A stretch of DNA of 64,000 bases, taken from the NCBI GenBank assembly GCA_000830295.1, contig CP010425.1, positions 256,001 to 320,000 of the forward strand, written 5' to 3'. The position numbers and the translations under genes are program-made. The stretch comes from an archaeon GW2011_AR15. GTDB taxonomy: Archaea > Nanobdellota > Nanobdellia > Woesearchaeales > GW2011-AR15. This document shows, piece after piece, positions 1-9,963 of this stretch (its first letter is position 1; each line of letters starts with the position of its first letter). Below the pieces are notes generated by a model. It did no database searches. It saw only the letters and a program-made list of their open reading frames with translations, and had not been told where the DNA came from.

Positions 1-72
1 GAACTCTGCGAAAATTTGGCTCCCTTTCCCGGATAAGCAAGGTTTATATTTCTTACGCAATTACTCTTTTTC

Positions 73-378
73 ATGAGACTCGTATACATAACCGCAAGGA
101 ACTCCGCTGAGGCAAAAAAAATATCAGGGCATCTCCTTAAGAAAAAACTTGCAGGATGCGTCAACATATTCCCTGTTGAAAGCATGTACTGGTGGGACGG
201 CGAGATGCAGGAAGATGTTGAGTTTGTGCTGCTTGTGAAAACAGCAAACGACAACTTTGAGAGGATAGAAAAAGCCGTACTGGAAATTCACAGCTACGAG
301 ATTCCCGCAATCTATTCGTGGAAAGTCGATAAAATCAGCAGAAAATACGATGAATGGATATCGAAAAACAGCAGTTAA
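73..378 (+). CDS. cutA: Divalent-cation tolerance protein CutA
   Basis: 101 aa; LAGCVNIFP, SMYWWDG, E..LLVKT and HSYEIPAI motifs typical of CutA1. Confidence 0.95.
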   Translation: MRLVYITARNSAEAKKISGHLLKKKLAGCVNIFPVESMYWWDGEMQEDVEFVLLVKTANDNFERIEKAVLEIHSYEIPAIYSWKVDKISRKYDEWISKNSS

Positions 379-515
379 TTCAAAGATGTAAGACCTATCT
401 GCTGTTTTTCAAGATAGAAATTTTCTAAATAGCTAAAAAAAAAGTAGAGACTGGAAAATTTCTATAGAAAAAGAAACAAAAAAAATAAAAAGTAAGGTAT
501 TTGTAAGTTATGTGA

Positions 516-629
516 TTATCTTCTTGATTTTTTCTTGCCGGATTTTTTGGCAGATTTTTTAGAAACCTTTTTTGCTGCTTTTTTCCTTAAAGTCTTTTTT
601 GCAGTCGATTTCTTCTTGGTTTTTTTCAT
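516..629 (-). CDS. 37-aa Lys-rich histone H1-like peptide (not in ORF track)
   Basis: Manual translation MKKTKKKSTAKKTLRKKAAKKVSKKSAKKSGKKKSRR*; GAGGTG Shine-Dalgarno 5 nt before the ATG; T-rich stretch downstream. Confidence 0.75.
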   Translation of the reverse strand: MKKTKKKSTAKKTLRKKAAKKVSKKSAKKSGKKKSRR

Positions 630-736
630 TGCTACACCTCGTTTATTTCAAAGATTCAGAATTAACCGTGAATGAAGTTTTTATAATTTGCGTTTTTTAT
701 AGAAGATTTTGGAATTAGGACGTCAGATTTTTTTCG

Positions 737-2305
737 CTATTCAAGAAGCTGTTTCATCATTTCAGCGAACGCCGGCCTTGTGATGAAAACTCCGTTTGTT
801 ACTCCTATTAATGTTGTGACTGCAAATCCTTTAAGCAGGCCTGCTCCCGCAAACAGCAGCGGAGTCATTGCTGCTATTGTTGCAAAGTATGCGGCAAAAA
901 CTATGAAAAATGCTTTTTTTATTTTCTGTCCCCATGACAGGTAGTTCCTGTCTTCATCTTTCCCATGGCCAAGAATCTCGTCAGTAATCACAATCTGGTC
1001 ATCAACTCCTGTTCCTATTGCAACAATTATTCCTGCAATTCCTGCAATATCCAGATTTTGCTTCAGCAGTGCAGCAACCCCGAGTATCAGAAGGATCTCT
1101 GACGTTATGACTATGATTATCGGAATTGCAATTTTTATTTTTCTGTATCTTATTATTACAACTGAGGTAACTGCAATTATTGAAATTATGCTTATCAGCA
1201 TTGCATTTGCAAGGAATTCCCTTCCCAATGAAGGTGATAATGTATCTGTTTTAATTATGTTAAGCTTCACAGGCAGGCTTCCTGTTATCAGCACTGTCTG
1301 GAGCTGCTTCATGCCCTTCTGTGCATCCTGGATTGCTGAATTCCTGTCCGGGCCGCTCCCGCTTCCTGAAATTGATATGCTTGTCTCCGCCCTGCCCTTC
1401 AGGTCTGCTGATATTGACAATGAGTCAACAAGAACATCATCAAGATAAAGGTCAAGCTGCTTGTCAAGATATGCCTGGCCATACGGATCATATGATATCC
1501 CGAGGGTATTTGTTATATTGGCCTGCCTTTCTGCTGCTGCTGTGCTGAGTGAAATGGAGAATATAAATCTGCAGCCATACCCGTCTGAATATTGCTGGCA
1601 TGTTTCAATTCTGGAGCAGTCGGCTGTTCTGCATACATAAGTTATATCGTTTCCGCCGAGGAAAACTGTGTCGTTCCCGATTTTTGCCTCGAATTTTCCC
1701 TGTTTTGCAAGAAGGTCTTTCACTTCTTCTTCATTTGCCCCGGCAACCTCAATTATTATGAACTGGCTGCCTGCAAGGTCACTTGAGGTTCTCACAACAG
1801 TGTCTGTAAGCCCAAAGACGTCTATACGCCTTTTCATATTCTCAAGCAGGATATCCATATCCGGGGCAGAGAGTTTCTGCTCTGGCCGCAGGACAACCCT
1901 GGTCCCGCCCTGGAGGTCAAGTCCAAGGATAATATTGCTTTTTGGCGCCTCATAGACAGTTAGCCCGAGCTTTTCTTTTGACGTGAAAAGAAGGCTGTAA
2001 GCTGATTTTGATGTCCTTATTGTAAGCGTTGAATTTGCAGGAATTGTGGAAACAATATCATCAAATTCCTCAACGCTGTTGATTTCTATATTATTTACTC
2101 TTAGTATTCTCTCTCTTGACATGGGTGCATCAGACGGAGACGGGCTCTGCATCCCTGCGTTATATGCTGAGCTGTTTAATGCAACTGTCCTTATTGCAAC
2201 CCCCTCATTGAAAGGGTTTGGGTTGATGGCAAGTATTGTTATTACAAAAAATACTATGTAGAGCCATATCTTCCAGCTGCTTAAGAGAGATTTAATGCTT
2301 CCCAT
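737..2305 (-). CDS. secD: Protein translocase subunit SecD
   Basis: LGLDLQGG motif, GSLPV, GTGVDDQIVI, C-terminal TM bundle; overlaps secF. Confidence 0.95.
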   Translation of the reverse strand: MGSIKSLLSSWKIWLYIVFFVITILAINPNPFNEGVAIRTVALNSSAYNAGMQSPSPSDAPMSRERILRVNNIEINSVEEFDDIVSTIPANSTLTIRTSKSAYSLLFTSKEKLGLTVYEAPKSNIILGLDLQGGTRVVLRPEQKLSAPDMDILLENMKRRIDVFGLTDTVVRTSSDLAGSQFIIIEVAGANEEEVKDLLAKQGKFEAKIGNDTVFLGGNDITYVCRTADCSRIETCQQYSDGYGCRFIFSISLSTAAAERQANITNTLGISYDPYGQAYLDKQLDLYLDDVLVDSLSISADLKGRAETSISISGSGSGPDRNSAIQDAQKGMKQLQTVLITGSLPVKLNIIKTDTLSPSLGREFLANAMLISIISIIAVTSVVIIRYRKIKIAIPIIIVITSEILLILGVAALLKQNLDIAGIAGIIVAIGTGVDDQIVITDEILGHGKDEDRNYLSWGQKIKKAFFIVFAAYFATIAAMTPLLFAGAGLLKGFAVTTLIGVTNGVFITRPAFAEMMKQLLE

Positions 2306-3188
2306 GTTTCTTCTCCAGATAATATCTCAGGAATGCCACATTGCCGATCCATGTTGTCAGCACGTCTATGACAAGCCCTACTATAAGTATAAGCATAATC
2401 TGCTTCAGCGTTGTATTGTTTGTAAGCAGGAATGAAACACCTGTCGCTGCAATGCCTGCAACAGACATTGTAAGCCCTGTCTTCATTGCCCCGAAAATAG
2501 CAGGAACTGCTTCAGTTATATGCTCCTTGAGAACCTTTGTTGAAAGCAGTATTGACGTATCAATTGAATAGCCTATAAGCATCAGGTATGCTGCAATACC
2601 TCCTGCGGTAAGCCTTAGCCCAAAAAGGTCCATTATCCCGAGCGTGATAAAGATATCCATAAATGCCGAGAACAGCGCTGCAAGCGTCGCATATATATTT
2701 TTGAAATAGAACTGGAATACAATCCCCATGCTCAAGAATGCAAGCAGGACGGCAATGAACATCTGCATGAAAAAAGATTCGCCAAGTGAAGAGCCCATTG
2801 TCTCAACGCTGTAATTGTCTTTCGTCAGCGTTATTTTCTGGTTCACTGCTTCAACAAGAGCATCCTCTTCAATATCAGATGCCTCTATTATTATCCCGAC
2901 GATTGTGCCTGCGGATTCAATGGTCCTCAGGTTCACAGAGCTTTCAGGGAAAGAACTCTCAAGAAATTCTTCAAGCTCTGCTATATTATCATAGCCTGCA
3001 TTTATTGTCAGTGAGATACCTCCCTTAAGGCTGACGTCCCTCCTTATTGCCTCGCCTGTTGTGAAATAGGTGTTGGCAAGCACAAGGGCAGAAAGGAGAA
3101 ACAGTATCAGGGGAATGAAAAAAAGCTTCTTATATTCTTTTACATAAAAATCCTTGATTCTCTTTCCGAGCCCATGTTTATCCCCCAA
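2292..3188 (-). CDS. secF: Protein translocase subunit SecF (start uncertain, TTG)
   Basis: SLKGG, LMLIGYSIDTSILL, multiple TM helices; adjacent to secD. Confidence 0.92.
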   Translation of the reverse strand: MGDKHGLGKRIKDFYVKEYKKLFFIPLILFLLSALVLANTYFTTGEAIRRDVSLKGGISLTINAGYDNIAELEEFLESSFPESSVNLRTIESAGTIVGIIIEASDIEEDALVEAVNQKITLTKDNYSVETMGSSLGESFFMQMFIAVLLAFLSMGIVFQFYFKNIYATLAALFSAFMDIFITLGIMDLFGLRLTAGGIAAYLMLIGYSIDTSILLSTKVLKEHITEAVPAIFGAMKTGLTMSVAGIAATGVSFLLTNNTTLKQIMLILIVGLVIDVLTTWIGNVAFLRYYLEKKHGKH

Positions 3189-3229
3189 AGTAAATCAGTT
3201 AGTCTGGAACAATGTGGGGTTTATAAAGA

Positions 3230-4207
3230 TTATTGCTGAGAAAGAAGGCCGTAGTTGTGTATTCCTGAAAGCTCCCTTCCGAGTCTCACGATTAATGGTA
3301 TGCTCCCTTCCAGTGTCGTCTTTTTTCCGGATGTTTTCACGTGCACCCCATATGATTCAAGCTCTCTTTTCCTCTTTGAGTAGCTTTTCCCAAGAATATA
3401 TTTGGGCTCATTTGATTTCTGAAGCCTGAGCTGTCCGGCTCCATCGCTTATCACTGCTGAAATTAGGGTGTTGCCACCCATCTCTGCCCCTTCTATTTCT
3501 GCAGACAATACTTCCAGACCAAGCTGACTTATGCCCTCCATTGACTTAAGCTCGGATTCAAGCAGCTTTTTTGTTTCTTTTTCTGCCTTTTTCCTGTCCA
3601 TCAGCCCGTATATATACGCGGCTGTTATAGCATGGTTCTTTAAGGTTATCTCTGCATTATCAACATTAAATGTCTGTGGCTGGGTTTTGAATATTCCTTC
3701 TCTAAAAAATTCTCCAATAGCCTCAAATCTGCCTTTGTCTGAAAAAATCTCAAACATCCATGTTGCTCTGCCTGGTATTTCATCTGTTACACTTGAACCC
3801 GACAGGATTATTGCAATATTCATTGGATTTGGCATTTTTTCTGATGGGTTATTTGCCATCATGCCCAGCAGCCCCTCATATTTTCTGTCTAAGTCTACTA
3901 TTGCCTTATTCAGGTTTTTCAGGCTTGAAAAGCTGCTTTCAAATGCTTCTCTCTCAAGAAAATTTGAGTATCCGCTGCTTGTTGCTATGGATATTCCACT
4001 TCTGCCTAAAGGCGAAGGGTATTCAGCATTTTTCAGGGAAAGGTACACTGAATCACTGCTTGATTTACATTCCATAAAAAATCCCGACGGTGATGCAAAA
4101 GACCTCTTTCTGAAATTTGCATCTTTTGGTATTATGCGGGAGACCAGCCCGTTGCTCATGCTGTCAAGGTATTCAACTGTTTTTTTCCCTTTATCCCAGA
4201 AAGCCAT
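3230..4207 (-). CDS. Hypothetical protein
   Basis: 325-aa ATG ORF filling the intergenic space, with a TATA-like element upstream; no motif recognised. Confidence 0.7.
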   Translation of the reverse strand: MAFWDKGKKTVEYLDSMSNGLVSRIIPKDANFRKRSFASPSGFFMECKSSSDSVYLSLKNAEYPSPLGRSGISIATSSGYSNFLEREAFESSFSSLKNLNKAIVDLDRKYEGLLGMMANNPSEKMPNPMNIAIILSGSSVTDEIPGRATWMFEIFSDKGRFEAIGEFFREGIFKTQPQTFNVDNAEITLKNHAITAAYIYGLMDRKKAEKETKKLLESELKSMEGISQLGLEVLSAEIEGAEMGGNTLISAVISDGAGQLRLQKSNEPKYILGKSYSKRKRELESYGVHVKTSGKKTTLEGSIPLIVRLGRELSGIHNYGLLSQQ

Positions 4208-4305
4208 AGCCCCGGGAAACTAAATGTTATATAAAAATCTGAGTTATACGGCAAAAACAAAAAACTTTATAAATTCCTGCGGGTTCCCAGTATCCAGTTA
4301 TTCTC

Positions 4306-4956
4306 ATGGGTGAATATATGGAAGAAAATATTATGAAGACGGGAACTACAACAATAGGTCTGGTTGCAAAGGACTTTATAGTTCTTGCAGCTGACAAGAG
4401 AGCAACAGCAGGGAATTTTATCGCTGCAAAAAAAGTAGACAAAGTGCTGCAGGTCGCAGACAAAATGGCACTGACAACTGCAGGCAGCGTGTCAGATATA
4501 CAGCTTCTGGTCAAGCTGATAAAGGCCGAGCTTAACTTAAGAAACTTAAGGACTGGCAGGGATAATAATGTAAGCGAGGCAGCCAACCTCCTTGCAGGAA
4601 TCGTATACGGGAATATAAGAAGATTCTCAGCCATCCCGGGAATAGTGCACTTCATTTTTGCAGGAGTTGACAGCACCGGGCCGCATTTATATGATATTTA
4701 CCCGGACGGTTCAATAACTGAAGTCGATGATTTTGTGACTTCAGGAAGCGGCGGATCATTTGCATTCGGTGTGTTTGATTCGCAGTACAAGAAAGACATG
4801 AAAGAAAGCGAGGCAGTTGAGCTTGCCATAAGGGCAGTCAATGCTGCTTTGCAGAGAGACAGCGCATCCGGAGACGGCATTGATGTTGTTGTTGTCAGCA
4901 ACTCCGGGGTAAAGAAAGTTTACAAGAAAGAGATTTCAATCAACCTTTCAAAATAA
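4306..4956 (+). CDS. psmB: Proteasome subunit beta
   Basis: Propeptide then GTTTIG catalytic Thr, AADKRA, GSVSD, GSG, RDSASG; upstream of aCPSF1 as conserved in archaea. Confidence 0.97.
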   Translation: MGEYMEENIMKTGTTTIGLVAKDFIVLAADKRATAGNFIAAKKVDKVLQVADKMALTTAGSVSDIQLLVKLIKAELNLRNLRTGRDNNVSEAANLLAGIVYGNIRRFSAIPGIVHFIFAGVDSTGPHLYDIYPDGSITEVDDFVTSGSGGSFAFGVFDSQYKKDMKESEAVELAIRAVNAALQRDSASGDGIDVVVVSNSGVKKVYKKEISINLSK

Positions 4957-4990
4957 TTTTTTGATTTAATATGGAATGGTGTATTCTTGA

Positions 4991-6880
4991 ATGAGTGAAA
5001 TTCTGAAAGAGATACTGAAAGAACTGCCCGACGGCAAGATTAGCGACGCTGGCTTTGAGGGGGCAAACATAGTCCTCTATACAAAAGACAGGAAATTCGT
5101 CTTCGAAGCCAACGGCATGATAAAGGATATTGTCAACAAGATAAAGAAAAGGATAGAGCTGAGGCCGGATCCAAGCATAACGCATGATTCCGAGCTTGCG
5201 GAAAAAGAAATTAGGGAGATAATCCCTGCAGAAGCAAAGATTGACCAGATAATTTTCGACCCGCAGAGGTCAATAGTCATAATCGAGGCTGAAAAACCAG
5301 GGGTTGCTATAGGAAAGCAGGGAGAAAACCTCAAGGCAATCAAAGAGAAAGTCCTATGGGTGCCTGTGATAAAAAGAACCCCTGCGATAAGGTCCCAGAT
5401 TATTGAGAATATAAGGGCTGTCCTTTACCAGAATTCCGATTACAGGCGTAAGTTCCTCCACAAGGTAGGACAGAGGATATACAACGGCTGGCTGAGGGGG
5501 AAGAAAGATGAGTGGATAAGAATCTCTTATCTTGGAAGCGGACGCCAGGTCGGAAGAAGCTGCCTTTTCCTGCAGACCCCGGAATCAAGGATACTGATGG
5601 ACTGCGGGGTTGACGTCGCAGACGAGAATAACGCATATCCCCTGCTTGAAGCCCCGGAATTCAAGATAGAGGAGCTGGATGCCATAATAATAAGCCACAG
5701 CCACCTTGATCACTGCGGTTTCCTTCCGTATCTTTTCAAATACGGCTACAGGGGGCCGGTCTACTGCACGCAGCCTACGAGGGACGTGATGGCACTTATG
5801 CTGCTGGATTATGTGAAAATAATGAGATACGACGGCAAGGAGCCCATATACACAAGCGAAGAGATAAAAGAAATGGTCAAGCACACCATTACGCTTGAAT
5901 TTGAAGAAGTTACTGATATCACGCCTGATGTGAGGCTGACATTCTACAATGCAGGCCACATCCTGGGAAGCGCGATGTGCCATCTCCATATAGGAAACGG
6001 CCTTCACAACCTTGTTTACAGCGCTGACATGAAATTCGGAAAGAGCGTCATGCTGAGCCCTGCTGCAACGCAGTTCCCGAGGTGCGAGACACTGCTGCTG
6101 GAGTCAACTTATGGAGGGAAAGACAACATACTCCCTACAAAGAAAGAGATGTACGATTACCTGAGGGACGTAATCAATGAGACAATAGACAGGGGAGGAA
6201 AATGCCTTATCCCTGTGCTTGGTTCAGGAAGGGCCCAGGACCTGATGATAATGGTTGAAGAATTGATAAGGACAAAAGAGGTCAGGAAAGTCGATGTCTT
6301 TATCGACGGGCTTATCTGGGATATCACTGCAATCCACACTGCATACCCAGAATTCCTCAACAGCTCAATAAGGAAGCAGATTTTCCACAGGGACAACAAC
6401 CCCTTCCTTTCAGACATATTCAAGAGGATAGGGAGCGGAAAGGAGAGGCAGCAGGTAATAGAAGAAACCGGATCATGCATCATCCTTGCCACAAGCGGTA
6501 TGCTTGTCGGCGGGCCTTCTGTAGAATACCTGAGGGCGCTGGCAGACAACAGCAACAATTCACTTGTGTTTTCCTCATACCAGGGTGCTGGCTCACTTGG
6601 AAGAAGGATACAGAACGGAGAGAGGGAGATATCATTCAAGGACGGCCATAAGCAGGAAATCTGCCAGATAAAGATGGATGTCCACAAGCTTGAGATTTCA
6701 GACCACTCTGACAGGAAAGAGCTTATGAACTATGTTGCAAGATGCAGCCCGAGGCCGAGAAAAATCATCCTTAACCACGGGGAAAGCTCAAGATGCCTTG
6801 ACCTGGCAAGCTCTCTGCACAAGAATTACAGGGTTGAGACAACAGCTCCGAGGAATTTAGAGGCTGTCAGGCTGAAATAA
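4991..6880 (+). CDS. fttA: Beta-CASP ribonuclease aCPSF1 / transcription termination factor FttA
   Basis: N-terminal KH domains (FEGANIVLY, KPGVAIGK), SHSHLDH, AGHILGS, ESTYG, NHGE. Confidence 0.97.
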   Translation: MSEILKEILKELPDGKISDAGFEGANIVLYTKDRKFVFEANGMIKDIVNKIKKRIELRPDPSITHDSELAEKEIREIIPAEAKIDQIIFDPQRSIVIIEAEKPGVAIGKQGENLKAIKEKVLWVPVIKRTPAIRSQIIENIRAVLYQNSDYRRKFLHKVGQRIYNGWLRGKKDEWIRISYLGSGRQVGRSCLFLQTPESRILMDCGVDVADENNAYPLLEAPEFKIEELDAIIISHSHLDHCGFLPYLFKYGYRGPVYCTQPTRDVMALMLLDYVKIMRYDGKEPIYTSEEIKEMVKHTITLEFEEVTDITPDVRLTFYNAGHILGSAMCHLHIGNGLHNLVYSADMKFGKSVMLSPAATQFPRCETLLLESTYGGKDNILPTKKEMYDYLRDVINETIDRGGKCLIPVLGSGRAQDLMIMVEELIRTKEVRKVDVFIDGLIWDITAIHTAYPEFLNSSIRKQIFHRDNNPFLSDIFKRIGSGKERQQVIEETGSCIILATSGMLVGGPSVEYLRALADNSNNSLVFSSYQGAGSLGRRIQNGEREISFKDGHKQEICQIKMDVHKLEISDHSDRKELMNYVARCSPRPRKIILNHGESSRCLDLASSLHKNYRVETTAPRNLEAVRLK

Positions 6881-6944
6881 CAGCTCTGCCTATTTTTATA
6901 GCATTTTGCGGTAAGATTTAAAAACAAACTGCTATTTTCCATTC

Positions 6945-7215
6945 ATGAGGCTAGACCGGGGAGCCCGTCCTTCCCTGTAACCTTAAACGGACGTAAGAGG
7001 GGGTCGAAGCCAGAAGAGCGATATGATTGTCCAATGGCAGTCTTGTCTCCTACAATGAGGTCCTGTCCTGATCGACTGATCTTTTTGAGAACCACGTCAG
7101 GTCTGGAAGGAAGCAGCGTTAATCATATAGGTTGGTGCTTTCAGGGTAGCGGGATTAAGGACGAGGCAAGGTAAGCTGTTATTGATTATTGTATCCATCT
7201 TTTGGCGTGCCTCAT
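6945..7215 (+). ncRNA. ffs: Archaeal SRP (7S) RNA
   Basis: Terminal helix ATGAGGC/GCCTCAT; Alu domain with TGTAA motif and CGTCC/GGACG loop-loop pairing; helix 8 CAGG-TCT-GGAA-GGA-AGCAG at 7098-7116; TATA-like element upstream, oligo-T downstream. Confidence 0.92.
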
Positions 7216-7257
7216 TTTTTCTCAATCTTTTTATATAAATTCAGGTTTTAAAGCCGG

Positions 7258-8103
7258 ATGAGCAGGACTTCAGACATATATCACGAAAGGTATAGGGCAA
7301 GTATAGACGAGAGAAGAGGAAGGCCTGGAAGAGCGATGAGCGGAAGCAGCTATAATTTCTCCTCTATGCTCTATGACCCTGACAGGTATAAACCAGCGTC
7401 TACAAAATGGCGCGAGTTTGGGCAGAAAAGCCTGTTTAACCTGGTCCTTTCCGGGTTTGTGGATGCTGAATTAGCCAGAAGGCACGGTTTTTTCAGGAAG
7501 GTGCAAAGCATGAGAAGGCTTACTCTCAGGATGCTGGAAGAGCAATACTACACCTCTCCCGAAAATATGCTGGACGCCCTGAAGATGTATCCTTATGATG
7601 AAAGCGTGATGAAGCAATACAGGCAGGTGAGCCTCGAAGGGATATTATTCAATGGCCCGGATAAGGATAACCATAAGATAAAATGGTTCAATTCCATTTT
7701 GCTTGAGTATGCCCTGCAAAATACAGGCCAGGAAATAAATTCCCATTTCCTGAACAAGTCACATGACTATGCTATTGATATTTTTGGCGGGCTGGATAAA
7801 TGGCTTGAGCTGATGCCTGCCATCTCCCAAAGATATTCTGTAAGGCCGGAGTTTTACAATACAGAGCTGCCTGACGAGCTGACGGCCCCTAAATTTGGTC
7901 TGGGTGTTCTCCTGATGGGCAATTTACAGAAAGTAAAGGGAAAAGTGGATGAATATATCGCGCAGTGTGTTGTTCTGGAGCATGTAAAAAGCTACAGGCA
8001 AAAACAGAAAGAAGAGGAAAAACTTCTGGATGAGAGTATGGCGAAGACTGTTGTCGATAGGTTTATTGAAGGATATAAGGAAACACCTAGTCAAGTATCT
8101 TGA
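7258..8103 (+). CDS. Hypothetical protein
   Basis: 281-aa ATG ORF preceded by TTTATATAAA; no motif recognised. Confidence 0.7.
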   Translation: MSRTSDIYHERYRASIDERRGRPGRAMSGSSYNFSSMLYDPDRYKPASTKWREFGQKSLFNLVLSGFVDAELARRHGFFRKVQSMRRLTLRMLEEQYYTSPENMLDALKMYPYDESVMKQYRQVSLEGILFNGPDKDNHKIKWFNSILLEYALQNTGQEINSHFLNKSHDYAIDIFGGLDKWLELMPAISQRYSVRPEFYNTELPDELTAPKFGLGVLLMGNLQKVKGKVDEYIAQCVVLEHVKSYRQKQKEEEKLLDESMAKTVVDRFIEGYKETPSQVS

Positions 8104-8728
8104 CTTCGCAGAAATCACACAGCTTCTTGAATTTCTCTGCGTCTGCCCTGCTCCCTATTATCCTGCCGTAATGCATCGGGATGGCAATCTTTGGCATTAT
8201 CTTTTTTGCTGCCTGGGCTGCCTCTTCTGCTGTCATGACATATGTTCCTGAGACAGGGAGCATGGCAACATCCGCCTTTACTTCTGACATCTCAGGAATC
8301 AGGTCAGTATCTCCTGAATGATAGAACCTCACATTGTTTATTTTGATTATATAGCCGACCCATTCGTTCATGCCCGGATGAAAATTCTTGTTTATGTTGT
8401 ATGCCGGCACTGCCTTTACCTCAATCCCTCCAAAAGAAAAAGATTCCCCTGGCCTGGCAAGCTTCAGCTTCCCGCCGTCAACTTTTCCCGCAAATTTGCT
8501 TGTTGTGTCAGGCGTTGTGATAATCAGGGTGTCTTCCTTCACTAGTTTTGCAATATCCGCGATGCTGCAGTGGTCATAATGGCCGTGACTTATGAGAAGC
8601 AGGTCTGCCTTCTCTGTCTCATCAACCTGGAAAGGGTCTATATAGACAACTTTCCCTCCGAAGCTGAATTTGAATGATGAGTGGCCGAGCCACTTCAGCT
8701 GGACTCCGTTGATATCAACTGCTTTCAT
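8087..8728 (-). CDS. MBL-fold metallo-hydrolase (UPF0173/UlaG-like)
   Basis: WLGHSS, IDPF, SHGHYDH, HSGDT, IPMHYG. Confidence 0.93.
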   Translation of the reverse strand: MKAVDINGVQLKWLGHSSFKFSFGGKVVYIDPFQVDETEKADLLLISHGHYDHCSIADIAKLVKEDTLIITTPDTTSKFAGKVDGGKLKLARPGESFSFGGIEVKAVPAYNINKNFHPGMNEWVGYIIKINNVRFYHSGDTDLIPEMSEVKADVAMLPVSGTYVMTAEEAAQAAKKIMPKIAIPMHYGRIIGSRADAEKFKKLCDFCEVKILD

Positions 8729-9366
8729 TTCAGCGCCTCTCTAAGCTCATGTATTGCTTTTTTTCTGTCTTTTTTCCCGAAGATTGATGAGCCCGCAACA
8801 AACACATTAACCCCGGATTTTTTGGCTGCCTTTATTGTAGTTTCGTTTATCCCGCCGTCAATAAGAATATCTCCAGCAAATCCTTTTTCCCTTAATAATC
8901 TGGCCTTTTTCAGCACTTCAGGGATGAATTTCTGACCGCCGAATCCCGCGTAAACTGACATTATCAGGACAGCATCAATCTCTTTCATGACAGGAAGGAC
9001 AAGCGAAACCGGCTTATCCGGGTTTACTGCAAGGCCCACTTTCACTTTCATTGCCCTTATCTTCTTTATTGCCTTCAGAAGCTCGCCCTTATTTCTGAAA
9101 AGCTCTGCATGGAAAAATATCCTGTCAACATATTTTGAGAAATCCTTAGCATACCTGACAGGCTCTTCAATCATCAGGTGGCAGTCCATTGGCAGCTTTG
9201 TCTTTATACCTTTGACAACAACGCTTCCATAACTGATATTGCCGACAAAATGCCCATCCATCACGTCAATATGCAAAGAATCAGCATATCCCCCAACATC
9301 CTGGATTTCCTGGTTCAGCTTCCCGAAATCCGCTGATAATATTGAGGGTGAAATCTTCAGTTTCAT
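8725..9366 (-). CDS. rpe: Ribulose-phosphate 3-epimerase
   Basis: SPSILSADF, HIDVMDGHFV, DCHLM, MSV..GFGGQKF, IDGG, VAGS. Confidence 0.97.
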   Translation of the reverse strand: MKLKISPSILSADFGKLNQEIQDVGGYADSLHIDVMDGHFVGNISYGSVVVKGIKTKLPMDCHLMIEEPVRYAKDFSKYVDRIFFHAELFRNKGELLKAIKKIRAMKVKVGLAVNPDKPVSLVLPVMKEIDAVLIMSVYAGFGGQKFIPEVLKKARLLREKGFAGDILIDGGINETTIKAAKKSGVNVFVAGSSIFGKKDRKKAIHELREALK

Positions 9367-9411
9367 CAGTATGTGAAAACAAAGAGAGATTAATAATACT
9401 TTTGTTTAGAA

Positions 9412-9933
9412 CTAAAGTTTGCTGTCAGTTGAATATAATCCAATCAGGTCCCTGACAAATGGCTCCCTGCCTGATAAAAGCCATGAGGCAAAACCAAATA
9501 TCCCATGTATCGGCTTATGGGGGAAATCAGCCTGGACATAAACTGAAAGCTGCGACTGCTCTTCTCCCCATGAAAAATGATAGAATCCGACTTTCCTGTC
9601 AAGCGACCTCACTTCGCCATTCTCCGGGTCCATATATTCTGCTCTTGTGCTGTGGATGTCACCCTCTACGGTTCTCTTGTTTGTATCCAGCCTTATTTTA
9701 TCAAACCCGAGCAGATATTCATCAGGCAGCACTGCATCAGGCAAAGAGAAAATCAGTTCTGCAAGATCCTTCCCTGCCAGGGATATCTGCCCATCCCTGC
9801 CTGGCTTCAGGTAATTATCAATCCTTGGATTTTTAATGATGACCAGTGTTTCAGGCAGTATCCTCTTGTAATCTATTTCCTGCCTGCTTATTTCAGCTGC
9901 ACACAGCCTTGCACCTTGGTTAAGTGTAGACAT
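9412..9933 (-). CDS. Hypothetical protein
   Basis: ORF between rpiB and rpe; first ATG at 9933 used rather than the TTG at 9948. Confidence 0.6.
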   Translation of the reverse strand: MSTLNQGARLCAAEISRQEIDYKRILPETLVIIKNPRIDNYLKPGRDGQISLAGKDLAELIFSLPDAVLPDEYLLGFDKIRLDTNKRTVEGDIHSTRAEYMDPENGEVRSLDRKVGFYHFSWGEEQSQLSVYVQADFPHKPIHGIFGFASWLLSGREPFVRDLIGLYSTDSKL

Positions 9934-9963
9934 ATTAGGGGGAAACAATAATTTATTTATAAA

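Noticed and set aside
1-45. Minus-strand GGGAAAGGGAGCC at the window edge, resembling the 5' end of an RNA gene such as RNase P RNA
   Set aside because: Truncated by the edge; no diagnostic motif visible.
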